In this document: in pieces, positions 46,788-58,401 of the stretch | Position numbering within the stretch: position 1 is the first letter of the stretch | Layout: each line of letters starts with the position of its first letter | Origin: Pseudomonadota bacterium | Lineage (GTDB): Bacteria; UBA10199; 2-02-FULL-44-16; DYJF01 | DNA: 64,000 bases | Assembly: GCA_043823065.1 (NCBI GenBank) | Contig: JBDRBB010000025.1 | Coordinates: forward strand, 276 to 64,275 | Reading direction: 5' to 3' | Position numbers and translations under genes: made by a program | Notes under the pieces: model-generated | Database searches by the model: none | What the model was told of the DNA's origin: nothing | Seen by the model: the letters and a program-made list of their open reading frames with translations, nothing else

Positions 46788-48203
46788 TTAAATTTGCCTC
46801 ACCTCAACCAGCCTCATCAAATCATCTTTGGTTCCATGCGCGCCGCTGGTAATTACAATGCGATCGCCTTTTTCAATATAAGCTGACTGGCGAGCTACTT
46901 TTTCAGCTTGAATTAAAATTTTATCCACACTTGCTGCATCTGTAGTTAAAATTGGCACCACTCCCCAAAAAAGACTCATCCGTCTGGCCATGTTTTGGTT
47001 AGAAATTGGGGCCAAAATCGGCATGGGTGGTCTTTGCTGACTCACAAACAAGGGCGTGCGACCAGAGCGCGTGGGCGTAACAATTGCCTGTGCACCTAAT
47101 TCTTCAGCAATTAACACTGCTCCTTCTGCAATAATTTGGGATTGCAAACTACTAGATTCAAATTCCCGGCGCCTCTGCGGCAAAGGCGGCATATCACTCT
47201 CTGCTTCATAAGCAATTGCAGCCATGGCTTTAACTGCTTCTGCTGGATTTATGCCAATTGCTGTTTCTTCAGAAAGCATGACTGCATCCGAACCTGCCCA
47301 CACTGCTTCAGCCACATCTGTTGCTTCAGCCCTGGTAGGTCTTTTGGAATTTACCATAGATTCTAACATCTGAGTGGCGGTAATAGAAGGTTTGCCAGCG
47401 ATCATACATCTTCTTAAAATATCACGTTCCACCAAAGGAAGTTTAGGAAAAGGAATTTCAATTCCCAAATCGCCGCGCGCTACCATCACTGCATCAGCAA
47501 CTTCAATTATATTATCAATATCATCCAAGGCTTCTGGTTTTTCAATCTTGGCAATCACGCCTATTTGCGGAGCATGTCGTTTTAAGATTTTTTTCACTGT
47601 CTCCACATTTCTAGCGCTGCGCACAAAAGATAAACCAATAAAATCAACTTTGGCTTTAATGGCAAAATCTAAAATCTTTTTATCTGCTTCAGTTAAAGCT
47701 GGAACATTTAATTTTACGCCTGGCAGATTAATTCCTTTGCGCGAACGAATCTCGCCGCCAGCATTCACCACACAAGTAACATCTGTTCCTTCAACACTTT
47801 TCACTTTTAAGCCAACCAAACCATCATTGAGAAAAATCTGATCACCCTTTTTTAAGCAAGCATGAATAGCTTGAGGAACAGGAATCCGGGAATCGGTTTG
47901 AGTAGTTTTCCGGCAAGCCAAGACAATGGTTTGATTCTTCTTTAGTTCAATTGGTTCTTTTTTTAGATCACCCAAACGATATTTTGGTCCTGGCAGATCC
48001 ATCAAGATTGCTGTGGAAGTTTTGTACTGCTGGCTTAATTGACGAATATTATTAATGGTATCTTGATGCTGTTTAAAACTTCCATGCGCTCCATTTAAGC
48101 GAAAAACACTTACCCCAGCTTTAATCATTTCCAGCAAAACAGCTTTACCCAAACAAGCTGGCCCAACTGTGGCAATAATTTTGGTATGGTTCCAAGTGTT
48201 CAT
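46788..48203 (-). CDS. pyk: pyruvate kinase
   Basis: TKIIATVGPA, MVARGDLGIEIP and the K+/Mg2+ site residues. 471 aa. Confidence 0.9.
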   Translation of the reverse strand: MNTWNHTKIIATVGPACLGKAVLLEMIKAGVSVFRLNGAHGSFKQHQDTINNIRQLSQQYKTSTAILMDLPGPKYRLGDLKKEPIELKKNQTIVLACRKTTQTDSRIPVPQAIHACLKKGDQIFLNDGLVGLKVKSVEGTDVTCVVNAGGEIRSRKGINLPGVKLNVPALTEADKKILDFAIKAKVDFIGLSFVRSARNVETVKKILKRHAPQIGVIAKIEKPEALDDIDNIIEVADAVMVARGDLGIEIPFPKLPLVERDILRRCMIAGKPSITATQMLESMVNSKRPTRAEATDVAEAVWAGSDAVMLSEETAIGINPAEAVKAMAAIAYEAESDMPPLPQRRREFESSSLQSQIIAEGAVLIAEELGAQAIVTPTRSGRTPLFVSQQRPPMPILAPISNQNMARRMSLFWGVVPILTTDAASVDKILIQAEKVARQSAYIEKGDRIVITSGAHGTKDDLMRLVEVRQI

Positions 48204-48204
48204 A

Positions 48205-49215
48205 TTAATTTGATGTCATCAACTTAATAACATCACCCTTTTTAGGTTGGCCGGAAATGGCTTTGGTCACTGCATAGCGTTCGTAAACTTTAGTAACTTG
48301 CAAAACTCCTATTTCAAATTCTTCCACACCAAGCTCAACACCTTTGCCGCCTACAGACTTGCGACCAATCACGCTAAATTGCATACCTTCTTTAAGTCCA
48401 GCGTTTGAACCAGCATTAATATAATATTGTCCGCTAGTAACTTTAATGATCTGGCCTTCCCAAGTTTGACCTTCCATTTTTTTATCAATCCAGCTGATAC
48501 ATTTGTTTACGGCGCGGTCAAACATACGATCGAAATCTCGATTGCGATCAGAACTATCACCTGTGGTGTAAAACATCATATCTCGGAAACTACGCATACT
48601 AGTAGATGAAGTACGCGCATCATAATGATCTAAAACCTTACCTGATTCTGGATCGCGTTGAATGCAAGTTAATGTCAAACTTACTGTATCTGAATTTAAA
48701 TCAAAGCTATGCAGAGGCGCCCCAGTTAAATCTTCAGCAGTATCAAAAGCTGTACCTGTGCCAAATCTGCTTTCACCCTGCTGAACATCAAAGTTAAACA
48801 AGGCCTGGGCGGCAATTGGTTTGTGCAAATATTTTCCCTGAGCCTGGGCCATCATTTTCTGCATAGCCTTTTGCATCTTTGCTGCATAAACTTGGGCTTC
48901 AGCAGCAGTTTTAGGTGGAGGACCTGCTGGCATTTCCGATTCTTCTTTCTCTTCTTCAGTTTCTGCTGGCACTACCACTACATAACGGCCAGACTTTTCC
49001 AGATCTTTTTGAACACGGTTACGCAGCAATTCATCTAAAGTGGCTGTATTCATACCAGCCATCATTAATTGCCTGGTATTCACTCGGCCCACAGCCACCA
49101 CCTTTTTTAATCCATCTGTCTCATTGTTTTTCTTGGCAAAGACCGATGAATTTGCGCTAAATAATCCCACGCCCAAAATCAGGGCAACCAAAATAATTTT
49201 ATTTATATTCTTCAT
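48205..49215 (-). CDS. secreted hypothetical protein (336 aa)
   Basis: Signal peptide MKNINKIILVALILGVGLFSANSSVFA and no recognisable domain. Co-transcribed orientation with pyk. Confidence 0.45.
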   Translation of the reverse strand: MKNINKIILVALILGVGLFSANSSVFAKKNNETDGLKKVVAVGRVNTRQLMMAGMNTATLDELLRNRVQKDLEKSGRYVVVVPAETEEEKEESEMPAGPPPKTAAEAQVYAAKMQKAMQKMMAQAQGKYLHKPIAAQALFNFDVQQGESRFGTGTAFDTAEDLTGAPLHSFDLNSDTVSLTLTCIQRDPESGKVLDHYDARTSSTSMRSFRDMMFYTTGDSSDRNRDFDRMFDRAVNKCISWIDKKMEGQTWEGQIIKVTSGQYYINAGSNAGLKEGMQFSVIGRKSVGGKGVELGVEEFEIGVLQVTKVYERYAVTKAISGQPKKGDVIKLMTSN

Positions 49216-49277
49216 AGTGTTGGTCTATAACTAACGTTGCATAAAAAGTCTAGACTTAAGGTACAAAGGTTTCTAAT

Positions 49278-50327
49278 ATGGCAACCATGCCAAAAAATAT
49301 TAAGATATTAGATGTCACCATTCGTGATGGCAGTTATGCTATAAATTATCAATACACACCTGAACAGGTGGCGCAAATTGCTCAAGCCCTTGATCAAGCT
49401 GGTATTCATTATATAGAAGTAAGCCATGGTTGTGGTTTGGGGGCTAGCGAAAATCTGGGTTTGCCTGCCGCAGCTACAGACCAGGAATATGTGCAAGCTG
49501 CCAAAAAATCAGTTAAAAAAGCCAAAATTGGGGTGATTGCTGGCACACCTCCGCTTACCTTTCCCAAAGATATTGATACTATTAAAAATGACGCAGATTT
49601 TATCCGCATTGCAGCAAATTGTGACGAAGTGCAAATAGCTGAAGAAAATATCAATTATGCCCAGAAAAATGGCCTTACCTGTTTTTTTCAAATGATGCGC
49701 TCCAGTAGAATTTCTTTACCTAAACTCATCGCCCAAACTAAAATTGTAGAAAAAATGGGGGCCCAGGTCGCTTATGTTGTAGATACAGCAGGTTATTTTA
49801 CTCCAGATCAAATAGAAAAAATTATCTCGGAACTAAAAGCAAAATTAAAAATCAAAATAGGTTTTCATGCTCACAATAATTTAGGCCTAGCCATTGCCAA
49901 TACTTTGGCTGCTGTCAGAGCTGGCTGTGATTTTATTGATGCCAGCTTGCTGGGTATGGGACGCCAGGCAGGCAATGCCCAGCTGGAAGCAGTTGTATCT
50001 TTAATGCAAAGACAAGGTTTACTAAAAAATATTAATTTGGATTTACTTTTAGAAACTGCGGAAAAATATCTTGTGCCTATTATGCCTGCCCGAAAAGGCC
50101 TTGCGCGCTTAGACCTAATTACTGCTGACACAAATATTGATCTTTATCCTTTAGATCTTTTTCAAATTGTAGCCCAGGAATTAAAAATAGATTTAACTAA
50201 ATTAATTCGCCATCTTTCAACTCACAAAAACATGACTGAAGTTAAACCTGAACACCTTATAAAAACCATCAAACACTTTGGGGGCAACCCCCAAAAAATT
50301 CTGGGTAAATACGGCATCCCAATCTAG
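49278..50327 (+). CDS. DRE-TIM metallolyase of the 4-hydroxy-2-oxovalerate aldolase (DmpG/MhpE) family
   Basis: LDVTIRDGSYAINYQYT aligns with DmpG SDVTLRDGSHAIRHQYT. IEVSHGCGLGAS and FHAHNNLGLAIANTLAAVRAGCDFIDASLLGMGRQAGNAQLE align with the DmpG metal-site blocks. No adjacent acylating acetaldehyde dehydrogenase. Confidence 0.65.
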   Translation: MATMPKNIKILDVTIRDGSYAINYQYTPEQVAQIAQALDQAGIHYIEVSHGCGLGASENLGLPAAATDQEYVQAAKKSVKKAKIGVIAGTPPLTFPKDIDTIKNDADFIRIAANCDEVQIAEENINYAQKNGLTCFFQMMRSSRISLPKLIAQTKIVEKMGAQVAYVVDTAGYFTPDQIEKIISELKAKLKIKIGFHAHNNLGLAIANTLAAVRAGCDFIDASLLGMGRQAGNAQLEAVVSLMQRQGLLKNINLDLLLETAEKYLVPIMPARKGLARLDLITADTNIDLYPLDLFQIVAQELKIDLTKLIRHLSTHKNMTEVKPEHLIKTIKHFGGNPQKILGKYGIPI

Positions 50328-50339
50328 GAGGAACTAAAT

Positions 50340-53096
50340 ATGAGCGCTACTCAGCAAACCTGGTATCAACTTTCTGCTGAAAAGGTTTTTGAAAAATTGG
50401 AAACTAATGCCAACGGGTTAAATACCACCGAAGCTCAAAAACGCCTAGAACAATATGGTTATAATGAACTAGAGGTAAAAAAACCCAGCGTACTAATGCG
50501 CTTTCTGCGGCAATTTCACAACCCTCTAGTTTATATCCTGCTTTTAGCTGCTGCCATCACTGGCACGTTATCTGTGCTGGGTGAAGATATGCTGCCAGAT
50601 ACTATTGTTATTATTGGTGTAGTTATCTTAAATGCGATCCTTGGTTTCTTCCAAGAAGGCAAGGCTGAAAAAGCCTTATTAGCTCTGCAAAACATGATCG
50701 TTGCTGAGTGCACTGTGTTGCGCGATGGCAAACAACTAATGATCAAGGCGCGCGAACTTGTGCCTGGTGATATTGTCATTCTTAATGGTGGCGATAAAAT
50801 CCCTGCAGATTTAAGACTTTTTTCCACCAAAGATGCCCAGACAGATGAAGCTGCCCTTACTGGAGAATCTGTTCCAGTTAAAAAATCTTCGGAAAGCATT
50901 AATCGTCCTAATTTAACGCCTGGCGATCAACACTGCATGGCTTTTAGCGGAACATTTTTATCCAGAGGCAGTATGCGCGGTATAGTTATTGCCACCGGCG
51001 AACAAACCGAGTTTGGCAAAATTGCCACTTTGGTCAAAGAGACCCACCAGGTAGCCACACCTTTGCAAAAGAAAATTAGTGCTTTTACCAAAACTTTAAT
51101 CATTGGCATTAGCGGTGTGGGTCTGATTAATTTTATTCTTGGTTATTGGTTTGGTTATACACTTATTTACAGTTTTCTAGGCTCGGTTTCTTTAATCGTA
51201 GCTGCTATCCCAGAAATGTTACCTATGATTGTCACTGCTATTTTGGCTTTAGCAGCTTCAGCTATGGCCAATAGCCATGCTTTAACCAGAAGGCTGCCAG
51301 CAGCAGAAACTTTGGGTTGCACAACTGTAATTTGTTCCGACAAAACCGGCACGCTCACCAGAAACGAAATGACTGTGCTTAAGATTTATGCTGCCAGCAA
51401 TATATATGATGTTAGCGGACCAGGCTATGAACCGATCGGGCAATTTAGTTTAAATAACCGACACATTGAATGGTCTCAGTTTCCCAAATCGCTAACGGAA
51501 ACCTTAGAGGCAGGTTATCACTGCAACACTTCCAATCTGGTTCAAGAAGCTGGCAGATATCGCATTATTGGCGATCCAACTGAAGGCGCTTTAATAGTTT
51601 CTGCCAACAAAGCAGGCATTACTGAAAAATTAAATCAGCTTGATGAAATTCCTTTTCATTCGGAAAAAATGTACATGGCCACTCTGCATGAAGGCGCCAC
51701 TGAAAATATTATCTACGTAAAAGGTTCTCCAGAAAAAATGATTGAGATGAGCGCTAATCAATTAAATGAAGTGGCTACTGAACCAGTGCGCAAACAGGAA
51801 ATCTTAAACGCTGCTGAAACCATGGCCAAAGACGCCTTGCGTGTTTTAGGCATGGCTTATAAAAAGGTGCCAAAAACCAAAACTGAAATTGATCACGCTG
51901 ACATCAAAGAACTCATCTTTTTGGGTTTACAAGGCATGATTGACCCACCCAGACAAGAAGCAATTGAAGCAGTGAAAAATTGCAAAACAGCTGGCATTAG
52001 AACAGTTATGATCACTGGCGACCATGCCCTAACAGCCAAAGCAATTGCCAAACAACTGGGCATTATTGACAGCGAAAAACATGAAGTATTGATTGGTGAA
52101 AAATTATCGCAAATGAGCGATCAGCAGTTATATGAAGCAGTGGATAAAGTATCAGTTTACGCTAGAGTAGCGCCTGAGCACAAGCTGCGCATTGCCCAGC
52201 AATTGCAAAGACGCGGGCACATTGTATCCATGACCGGTGACGGAGTTAATGACGCGCCTGCGCTTAAAGCAGCAGACATTGGCGTGGCCATGGGCATCAC
52301 TGGAACTGAAGTCAGCAAAGAAGCTGCAGACATGATTTTGACTGATGATAATTTTGCCAGCATCGTCAAAGCTGTTGAAGAAGGAAGGCATGCCTGGAAC
52401 AATCTGGAAAAAGCAATTTTATACACCTTGCCCACCAACGGCGGCCAGGCGTTTTTAGTAATCGGAGCGGTTTTGCTGGCTCCTTTGATCCCCTTATTTG
52501 CCCTTCGCTTGCCCTTAGAACCAGTGCAAATTCTGTGGGTTAATTTATTAGATTCAGTTTTCTTAACAATGCCCTTAATGATGGAACATAAAGCCAGAGA
52601 CTTATTAACCACTCCACCGCGTAACCCCAAAGCAAAAATTGCTGATTGGCTGTTTCTGCAAAGAGTGGTTATTATGGGCGCAATAATTGCTGCTTGCGGT
52701 TTTGTTATCTATTACATTTTTGGCTTACCAGCAATTGTGAACGGCAAAATTGTGGATGAGTTGCTGTTAACTCAGGCTCAAACCGCAGCCTTTTGGGCAG
52801 TGTTAATGGTGCATTTTGGATTTGTCATGAGCGCCAGATCAGTCTTTGATTCAGCATTTACCTTTAGTCCGTTTTCTAACAAATGGCTGCTATTGGGAAT
52901 TTTAGTAAGCGTTTTATCGCGTTTAATTCCTACTTTTGTGCCAGAAGCTCAAACCTTGTTTAGAACCGCAGACTTTCCTTTGGAATGGTGGTGGTATATT
53001 GCGCCGTGTTTATTTCCTGGTTTCATCGCCCTGGAAATTGATAAATTAATCAGAAGAAAAAGGGGACGTTTCCCCGGAAGAAATATTTCTAAATAA
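50340..53096 (+). CDS. cation-transporting P-type ATPase (P2/P3-type, Ca2+/Mg2+-like)
   Basis: DKTGTLT phosphorylation motif, TGES, a PE(M)LP-like [26 protein letters not shown], and an N-terminal cation_ATPase_N region. 918 aa. Confidence 0.85.
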   Translation: MSATQQTWYQLSAEKVFEKLETNANGLNTTEAQKRLEQYGYNELEVKKPSVLMRFLRQFHNPLVYILLLAAAITGTLSVLGEDMLPDTIVIIGVVILNAILGFFQEGKAEKALLALQNMIVAECTVLRDGKQLMIKARELVPGDIVILNGGDKIPADLRLFSTKDAQTDEAALTGESVPVKKSSESINRPNLTPGDQHCMAFSGTFLSRGSMRGIVIATGEQTEFGKIATLVKETHQVATPLQKKISAFTKTLIIGISGVGLINFILGYWFGYTLIYSFLGSVSLIVAAIPEMLPMIVTAILALAASAMANSHALTRRLPAAETLGCTTVICSDKTGTLTRNEMTVLKIYAASNIYDVSGPGYEPIGQFSLNNRHIEWSQFPKSLTETLEAGYHCNTSNLVQEAGRYRIIGDPTEGALIVSANKAGITEKLNQLDEIPFHSEKMYMATLHEGATENIIYVKGSPEKMIEMSANQLNEVATEPVRKQEILNAAETMAKDALRVLGMAYKKVPKTKTEIDHADIKELIFLGLQGMIDPPRQEAIEAVKNCKTAGIRTVMITGDHALTAKAIAKQLGIIDSEKHEVLIGEKLSQMSDQQLYEAVDKVSVYARVAPEHKLRIAQQLQRRGHIVSMTGDGVNDAPALKAADIGVAMGITGTEVSKEAADMILTDDNFASIVKAVEEGRHAWNNLEKAILYTLPTNGGQAFLVIGAVLLAPLIPLFALRLPLEPVQILWVNLLDSVFLTMPLMMEHKARDLLTTPPRNPKAKIADWLFLQRVVIMGAIIAACGFVIYYIFGLPAIVNGKIVDELLLTQAQTAAFWAVLMVHFGFVMSARSVFDSAFTFSPFSNKWLLLGILVSVLSRLIPTFVPEAQTLFRTADFPLEWWWYIAPCLFPGFIALEIDKLIRRKRGRFPGRNISK

Positions 53097-53109
53097 GGGA
53101 GGAAGCAGT

Positions 53110-54519
53110 ATGGAAACTATAACCAATTATCTCGACCAAGCCAGTGGTTTTATTTGGGGCATACCCTTGATAGTCATGTTAGGTGGCACTGGTATTTATC
53201 TAACAATTAAACTTAGAGGTTTGCAATTTACTCAGTTGGGATATGCGCTCAAGCTAGCTTTTATCAAGCGCCATGAAGCTGGCGAAGGAGATATTTCTCA
53301 TTTTCAAGCTTTAATGACCGCACTTTCCGCCACAGTTGGCGTGGGTAACATTGCTGGCGTTGCTACAGCTATAGCCTTGGGCGGACCTGGTGCTTTATTC
53401 TGGATGTGGGTCATTGGCTGGATTGGTATGGCCACCAAATATGGGGAAGCAATCTTAGCTGTTAAATATCGGGAAAAAGATGAAAAAGGAATGATGTGCG
53501 GCGGACCAATGTATTATATCGCCAAGGGTTTAAAAATGCCCTGGCTGGGTTTTGTGTTTGCCCTATTCACCGCTATTGCTGCTTTTGGAATCGGCAACAT
53601 GGTGCAAGCCAATACTGTAGCCCTGGCTGTGCAAAACTCCTTTGGAATATCAACCTGGATTACAGGAATTATAATTGCAGCTGCCACAGCTTTAGTAATT
53701 GTCGGCGGTATTAAAGCTATTGGTCGCATCACCAGCCTTTTGGTTCCTTTTATGGTGGTGATCTATGTCGTGGGCTGTTTGGCTGTTTTAATTGTAAATT
53801 GGAGCGTGCTTCCAGCCACTCTGGCTCTGATCTTAAAATCCGCCTTTGCTCCACATGCAGCAACTGGCGGCTTTGCTGGAGCCACAGTAATGATGGCCCT
53901 GCGTTTTGGTTTTGCCCGGGGAATTTTTTCCAATGAATCTGGTTTAGGCAGCGCACCTATTGCAGCAGCTGCAGCTAAGACCCCTAACCCAGTTAATCAA
54001 GCTTTGGTTTCCATGACCCAAACTTTTATTGATACAGTGGTAATCTGCGCTCTCACTGGTCTGGCCATTGTCTCCACTGGTCTTTGGAAAACCCTAAGCT
54101 TAAATGGTGCAGCGCTTTCCACAGAAACTTTTAATGCAGCTCTACCTGGTGGTGCCGGTAATTTTATAGTAAGTGTTGGTTTAATTTTATTTGCCTATTC
54201 CACAGTGCTAGGTTGGGAATATTATGGTGAAAAAGCCATTGAATATATCTTTGGCGCTAAAGCAATTTTTCCCTATCGCCTGCTTTGGGTAGTTGCTGTT
54301 TTTATGGGCGCTACCTTAAAATTAAATTTGGTTTGGTCTTTTGCAGATTTGGCCAACGGCTTGATGGCTATCCCTAATTTGATTGCCTTAATCGGACTGT
54401 CCGGAGTGATAGCCAGAGAAACTAATAAATATTTAACTAAGTTGAAAACTGAGCCGCCCCTGACGCACAGTAATTGCGCCTGCCAAAGCCAGGAACGCTG
54501 CAGGTGCAATCCAAGCTAG
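53110..54519 (+). CDS. agcS: sodium:alanine symporter family (AGCS) transporter
   Basis: [22 protein letters not shown] and [19 protein letters not shown] are AGCS signatures. The last 20-30 aa overlap brnQ and may be over-called. Confidence 0.85.
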   Translation: METITNYLDQASGFIWGIPLIVMLGGTGIYLTIKLRGLQFTQLGYALKLAFIKRHEAGEGDISHFQALMTALSATVGVGNIAGVATAIALGGPGALFWMWVIGWIGMATKYGEAILAVKYREKDEKGMMCGGPMYYIAKGLKMPWLGFVFALFTAIAAFGIGNMVQANTVALAVQNSFGISTWITGIIIAAATALVIVGGIKAIGRITSLLVPFMVVIYVVGCLAVLIVNWSVLPATLALILKSAFAPHAATGGFAGATVMMALRFGFARGIFSNESGLGSAPIAAAAAKTPNPVNQALVSMTQTFIDTVVICALTGLAIVSTGLWKTLSLNGAALSTETFNAALPGGAGNFIVSVGLILFAYSTVLGWEYYGEKAIEYIFGAKAIFPYRLLWVVAVFMGATLKLNLVWSFADLANGLMAIPNLIALIGLSGVIARETNKYLTKLKTEPPLTHSNCACQSQERCRCNPS

Positions 54520-55722
54520 ACCATTTTGGGCAAAAGGTAAATTGATATAGATACTATCTAAAATTGGCAAGTGCGCGCCCAATCTGTGCAAAGAATCTAA
54601 ACAACCAGCAAAAAAAGCGCCTAAAACTGCGCCTTGCCAGATGCGTCTTCTTTTAATCTTTTCGCCAAAAATGGTAAAGATAACCAGGATCATCACTATC
54701 GGGTACAGAGCAACCAAAGGTACTACTGCTATTTTAACAATTGTCTCTACTCCGGCATTAGATAAAATTAAACTAACCCCAGTAACCAAAAAACAAATCA
54801 AGCGATAGCTTAATTTGCCTTTAGAATATTTTGAAAAATATTCTCCACAAACAACTGTTAGACCAATAGCTGTAGTCAAGCAAGCCATAGCTACAGCTAT
54901 ACCCAAGGCCAACATTCCTTCCCATCCTAATAAATTATGCGCTAGGCGCACTAAAAGCTCGGTCCGGGAAATATCTGCAGACCAAGAACTGGTTGTTGCT
55001 CCTAAGTACAATAAACCTGCGTAAACCAAGGCCAAGCCAGAAACAGAAATTAAGCCAGCTTTAAGCACAATGCTTAATTGGCCTTTTTTAGTTTGCACTC
55101 CCTTATTGCGCAAATCATTTAAGATAACCAATCCAAAAATTGAGGCAGCTAATAGATCCATGGTCTGATAGCCTTCTACAAAAGCCTGACCAAAAGCATT
55201 AGCCACAAAAGTATTAACAGGAAGGGCCACCGGCCAAAAAATTCCTTTGATAATCAAAACTGCCAAAGCCAGAAAAAGCGCTGGTGTTAAAAACTTTCCG
55301 ATTCGATCAACTACTGAAGAGGGGTTAAGGGCAAAAAACATGACCACCCCAAAATAAATAAAAGAAAAAAACCAGGAATTAAGTCCTGACAAATTGGGCA
55401 GAATGGCTAATTCAAAAGTAGTGGCGCAAGTGCGGGGAATAGCCAGTAACGGGCCAATGGCTAACACAATAATAATGGATAAAAGTTTGGCAAAGTTTCC
55501 ATTAACTCTGGCTGCAAAAAATTCAACACCACCGCCAGCTTTGGCCACTGCTAAAATTCCCAAAAAAGGCAGGCCCACACCAGTTATTAAAAAACCTATT
55601 GTAGAAAGTAAAAATTGATCGCCAGCTAACTTACCCAAAGTTGGTGGAAAAATTAGATTGCCTGCCCCAAAAAACATGGCAAAAAGCGCAAACCCAATAG
55701 TTAAAATATGCTTCCAAGACAT
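54433..55722 (-). CDS. brnQ: branched-chain amino acid transport system II carrier (LIVCS family)
   Basis: [12 protein letters not shown] is the hallmark N-terminal motif. 12 TM helices. Confidence 0.8.
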   Translation of the reverse strand: MSWKHILTIGFALFAMFFGAGNLIFPPTLGKLAGDQFLLSTIGFLITGVGLPFLGILAVAKAGGGVEFFAARVNGNFAKLLSIIIVLAIGPLLAIPRTCATTFELAILPNLSGLNSWFFSFIYFGVVMFFALNPSSVVDRIGKFLTPALFLALAVLIIKGIFWPVALPVNTFVANAFGQAFVEGYQTMDLLAASIFGLVILNDLRNKGVQTKKGQLSIVLKAGLISVSGLALVYAGLLYLGATTSSWSADISRTELLVRLAHNLLGWEGMLALGIAVAMACLTTAIGLTVVCGEYFSKYSKGKLSYRLICFLVTGVSLILSNAGVETIVKIAVVPLVALYPIVMILVIFTIFGEKIKRRRIWQGAVLGAFFAGCLDSLHRLGAHLPILDSIYINLPFAQNGLAWIAPAAFLALAGAITVRQGRLSFQLS

Positions 55723-55841
55723 TAATTGAACTTAGCATGATTTAATTTTGAAGATCAAGCAATTGGTTTAATGGTTAGTGTAATGGCTATCTACTTGTTT
55801 TGTTGCAAAAAAAACAATAATCTGCCAAGGCTTGAAAGCAG

Positions 55842-57221
55842 ATGAAACCAACCTTAAATGAAAGACAACGACTTGAAAAAGCTAGCAATTTAGCCAAAAC
55901 AAATTGGCCCCGCGCTGGCGTTAACAAGCAACAAGAATTAACCAGATTAATCTATGAAATTTCCAAACGCGAAAATATCGATCCAGATCAAATTATAGAG
56001 CAGAACTCTGAACCCACGCAATTCAATCACATCAAACAAGTGCTGCTTAACAAGAGATTCCCTTTTTCTGCCAGTACCAATGAATTAAAGAATTGTTTTC
56101 TGCCAAAAGTTTATTTTGAGGATAGTTGTTGTCATAAAACACGTTCAGATAATTTCTTGCCGAAAAATATTTTTATTGAATCTACCGTGGCTAATTCAGA
56201 ATTAGCTGAAAATTTTAGACAAGCTTTTCCCTTAACCAAAATTGTCAAAATTGATTCACTAAAAAATTTTCTCAGGGAAAATAAGCGCCCAACTCTTGCA
56301 GATTACAACACCAGAACTGATAATGTTTTTATTGTTGATGAGAAATATGATTTTTATAAACGCTGTCCATGCACTATAAGTGCTGTGAATTGTGGTTATC
56401 ATATTTTGAATTTAGGTTTTGGCTGTATCTATGAATGCAGCTATTGCTACCTTCAAGGTTATAGCAATAGCCCTGGCCTGATCTTTCCTGCAAATTTTGA
56501 TGCTTTTTTTGAACAATTCAACACTTACCTGCAATCAGCTAAAACCAAAGCCTGGCAACAAGGAAGCCATTTTCGTTTAGGCACTGGTGAATTTTGCGAC
56601 TCTTTAATGCTGGATCATATCACCAAATATTCTGAATCGTTAATCGCTTTTTTTAAGCATCATCCTCAGGTTTTATTTGAACTAAAAACCAAAAGCGCCA
56701 ATGTAGAAAATCTTTTAAGCACTGAACACATTGGTAACATTGTAATCGCTTGGTCTATAAATCCCCAAAACTTTATTGAACAAAATGAACTTTATACTGC
56801 TTCTTTGCTTGAGCGCCTACAAGCAGCGCGCAAGTGTCAAGACGCCGGATATCTTCTAGCCTTTCACTTTGATCCTATTGTTTATTTTGATAATTGGGAA
56901 AAGAAATATAAAGAGGTAATTGAACTTATGTTTGAATATGTAGATCACAAACACATTGCCTGGATGAGCCTGGGCACCTTAAGATTTCACAGCTCACTTA
57001 AAAGGATCATTGAAAACCGGTTTCCAGAAAACGCAATTTTAAATGGCGAATTGTTAAAGGGATATGATGACAAACTACGTTATCCAGAAACCCTGCGCTT
57101 AATCGTTTATAAGAAAATGCTGGAAATGTTAAACAAACATCACAAAAATCTTCCTATATATTTATGTATGGAAGATAAAAAAATATGGCAGCAGTTAAAT
57201 TTGGAGATGCCATTTAAATGA
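55842..57221 (+). CDS. spore-photoproduct-lyase-family radical SAM protein with an N-terminal extension
   Basis: GCIYECSYCYLQ matches the SplB signature GCxxxCxYCYLQ (CxxxCxxC cluster). About 140 extra N-terminal residues have no homolog motif. Confidence 0.6.
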   Translation: MKPTLNERQRLEKASNLAKTNWPRAGVNKQQELTRLIYEISKRENIDPDQIIEQNSEPTQFNHIKQVLLNKRFPFSASTNELKNCFLPKVYFEDSCCHKTRSDNFLPKNIFIESTVANSELAENFRQAFPLTKIVKIDSLKNFLRENKRPTLADYNTRTDNVFIVDEKYDFYKRCPCTISAVNCGYHILNLGFGCIYECSYCYLQGYSNSPGLIFPANFDAFFEQFNTYLQSAKTKAWQQGSHFRLGTGEFCDSLMLDHITKYSESLIAFFKHHPQVLFELKTKSANVENLLSTEHIGNIVIAWSINPQNFIEQNELYTASLLERLQAARKCQDAGYLLAFHFDPIVYFDNWEKKYKEVIELMFEYVDHKHIAWMSLGTLRFHSSLKRIIENRFPENAILNGELLKGYDDKLRYPETLRLIVYKKMLEMLNKHHKNLPIYLCMEDKKIWQQLNLEMPFK

Positions 57222-58066
57222 AAAACAAAGTAAGTGTCATAATTCCTGTTTATAACCGCGCACAACATTTATCCAAGGCTGTAAATTCAGTGCTAGATCA
57301 AAGCTCTCCTGCTTATGAAATTATTGTGGTGGATGATGGCTCTACCGACAATACGTCAAAAATCATTCAACAATATGGCTCCAAAATATCTTGTCTCAGA
57401 CAAGAAAATAAAGGGCCTGCTGCAGCCCGCAACTTAGGAATCATGAATGCTTCCGGAGAATTGATTGCTTTTCTAGATTCAGATGATTGGTGGCACAAAG
57501 ACAAGCTCCAACGACAGGTAGCACGCATGGAAGAAGAACCAAGCTTCTTAGTCTCCCATACCGATGAAACCTGGTATCGCCGCGGCCAGCATCTTAATCA
57601 AAAAAATAAACACAAAAAATATCACGGCTATATTTATGATAAGTGTTTGCCTCTTTGTGCCGTAAGTCCATCTACAGTAATGGCCCGCAAAGAACTTTTC
57701 AATCAGATCGGTCTTTTTGATGAAACCCTGCCTTGCTGCGAAGATTATGATTTATGGCTAAGGGTGAGCATCCAGCACCAGTTCTTATTGATAGATAAGC
57801 CTTTAACCTTAAAAGACGGGGGCCGACCAGACCAGGTTTCATTTATCCATAGGATTGGCATTGATAAATATAGAATTAAATCTCTGCAAAAAATTCTGAG
57901 CACGCCTGAATTGCTAAATGCTGAACAAAGATCATTGGCCTTTAAAGAATTAGAGTACAAGTGCCGCATCTATGGCAATGGTTGCCTAAAACATGGGAAA
58001 CCAAAAGAGGCAGAATTTTACCTTGGTTTACCAACTAAATTCAGATATGAATCTGCATTGTCATGA
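57218..58066 (+). CDS. family 2 glycosyltransferase
   Basis: VSVIIPVYN...IIVVDDGSTD and a DSDD (DxD) motif. It overlaps the upstream stop. Confidence 0.75.
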   Translation: MKNKVSVIIPVYNRAQHLSKAVNSVLDQSSPAYEIIVVDDGSTDNTSKIIQQYGSKISCLRQENKGPAAARNLGIMNASGELIAFLDSDDWWHKDKLQRQVARMEEEPSFLVSHTDETWYRRGQHLNQKNKHKKYHGYIYDKCLPLCAVSPSTVMARKELFNQIGLFDETLPCCEDYDLWLRVSIQHQFLLIDKPLTLKDGGRPDQVSFIHRIGIDKYRIKSLQKILSTPELLNAEQRSLAFKELEYKCRIYGNGCLKHGKPKEAEFYLGLPTKFRYESALS

Positions 58067-58368
58067 AAAAATCTAGAAAAAAAACATGCCTTGTTTTCTG
58101 CCTGATATTTTTGGGTTTTAGCTCGATAATTTTGGCTAATGATAAACAAAAATTAAAGTTTGAGCCTAAAGATTTCAGTCTAAAGGATAGCCAAACTATT
58201 AAAACTTTTCAGGTAACTCCTCAAAACAATTTTTTTCTAAATACTTGGCTCAATTATATTACAAATTTCCAGATACCTATTTCAGAAGGAAAATTGGGCA
58301 TTAACACAGGAAAGACTTCCAAAGTTTCAGGGGTTGGCATTATTTATTCTTATGAACTAAAAAAGTAA
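58063..58368 (+). CDS. small secreted hypothetical protein
   Basis: Signal peptide LVFCLIFLGFSSIILA. Overlaps the GT2 stop. 101 aa. Confidence 0.35.
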   Translation: MKKSRKKTCLVFCLIFLGFSSIILANDKQKLKFEPKDFSLKDSQTIKTFQVTPQNNFFLNTWLNYITNFQIPISEGKLGINTGKTSKVSGVGIIYSYELKK

Positions 58369-58401
58369 CTCTAGTACAAATAGGAACGAACCGTTCATAT
58401 T

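Noticed and set aside
47374-47841. 155-aa ORF antisense to pyk (and 47136..47366)
   Set aside because: Pyruvate kinase on the minus strand is unambiguous. These are shadow frames.
52157-52630. 157-aa antisense ORF inside the P-type ATPase gene
   Set aside because: The ATPase frame carries all of the canonical motifs. The antisense frame has no features.
54433-54519. 87-nt tail-to-tail overlap of agcS and brnQ, a possible sign of a frameshift
   Set aside because: Both proteins are full length with intact N- and C-terminal regions. The AgcS tail (..[18 protein letters not shown]) is probably read-through past its true end, or the overlap is genuine. There is no evidence of a disrupted gene.
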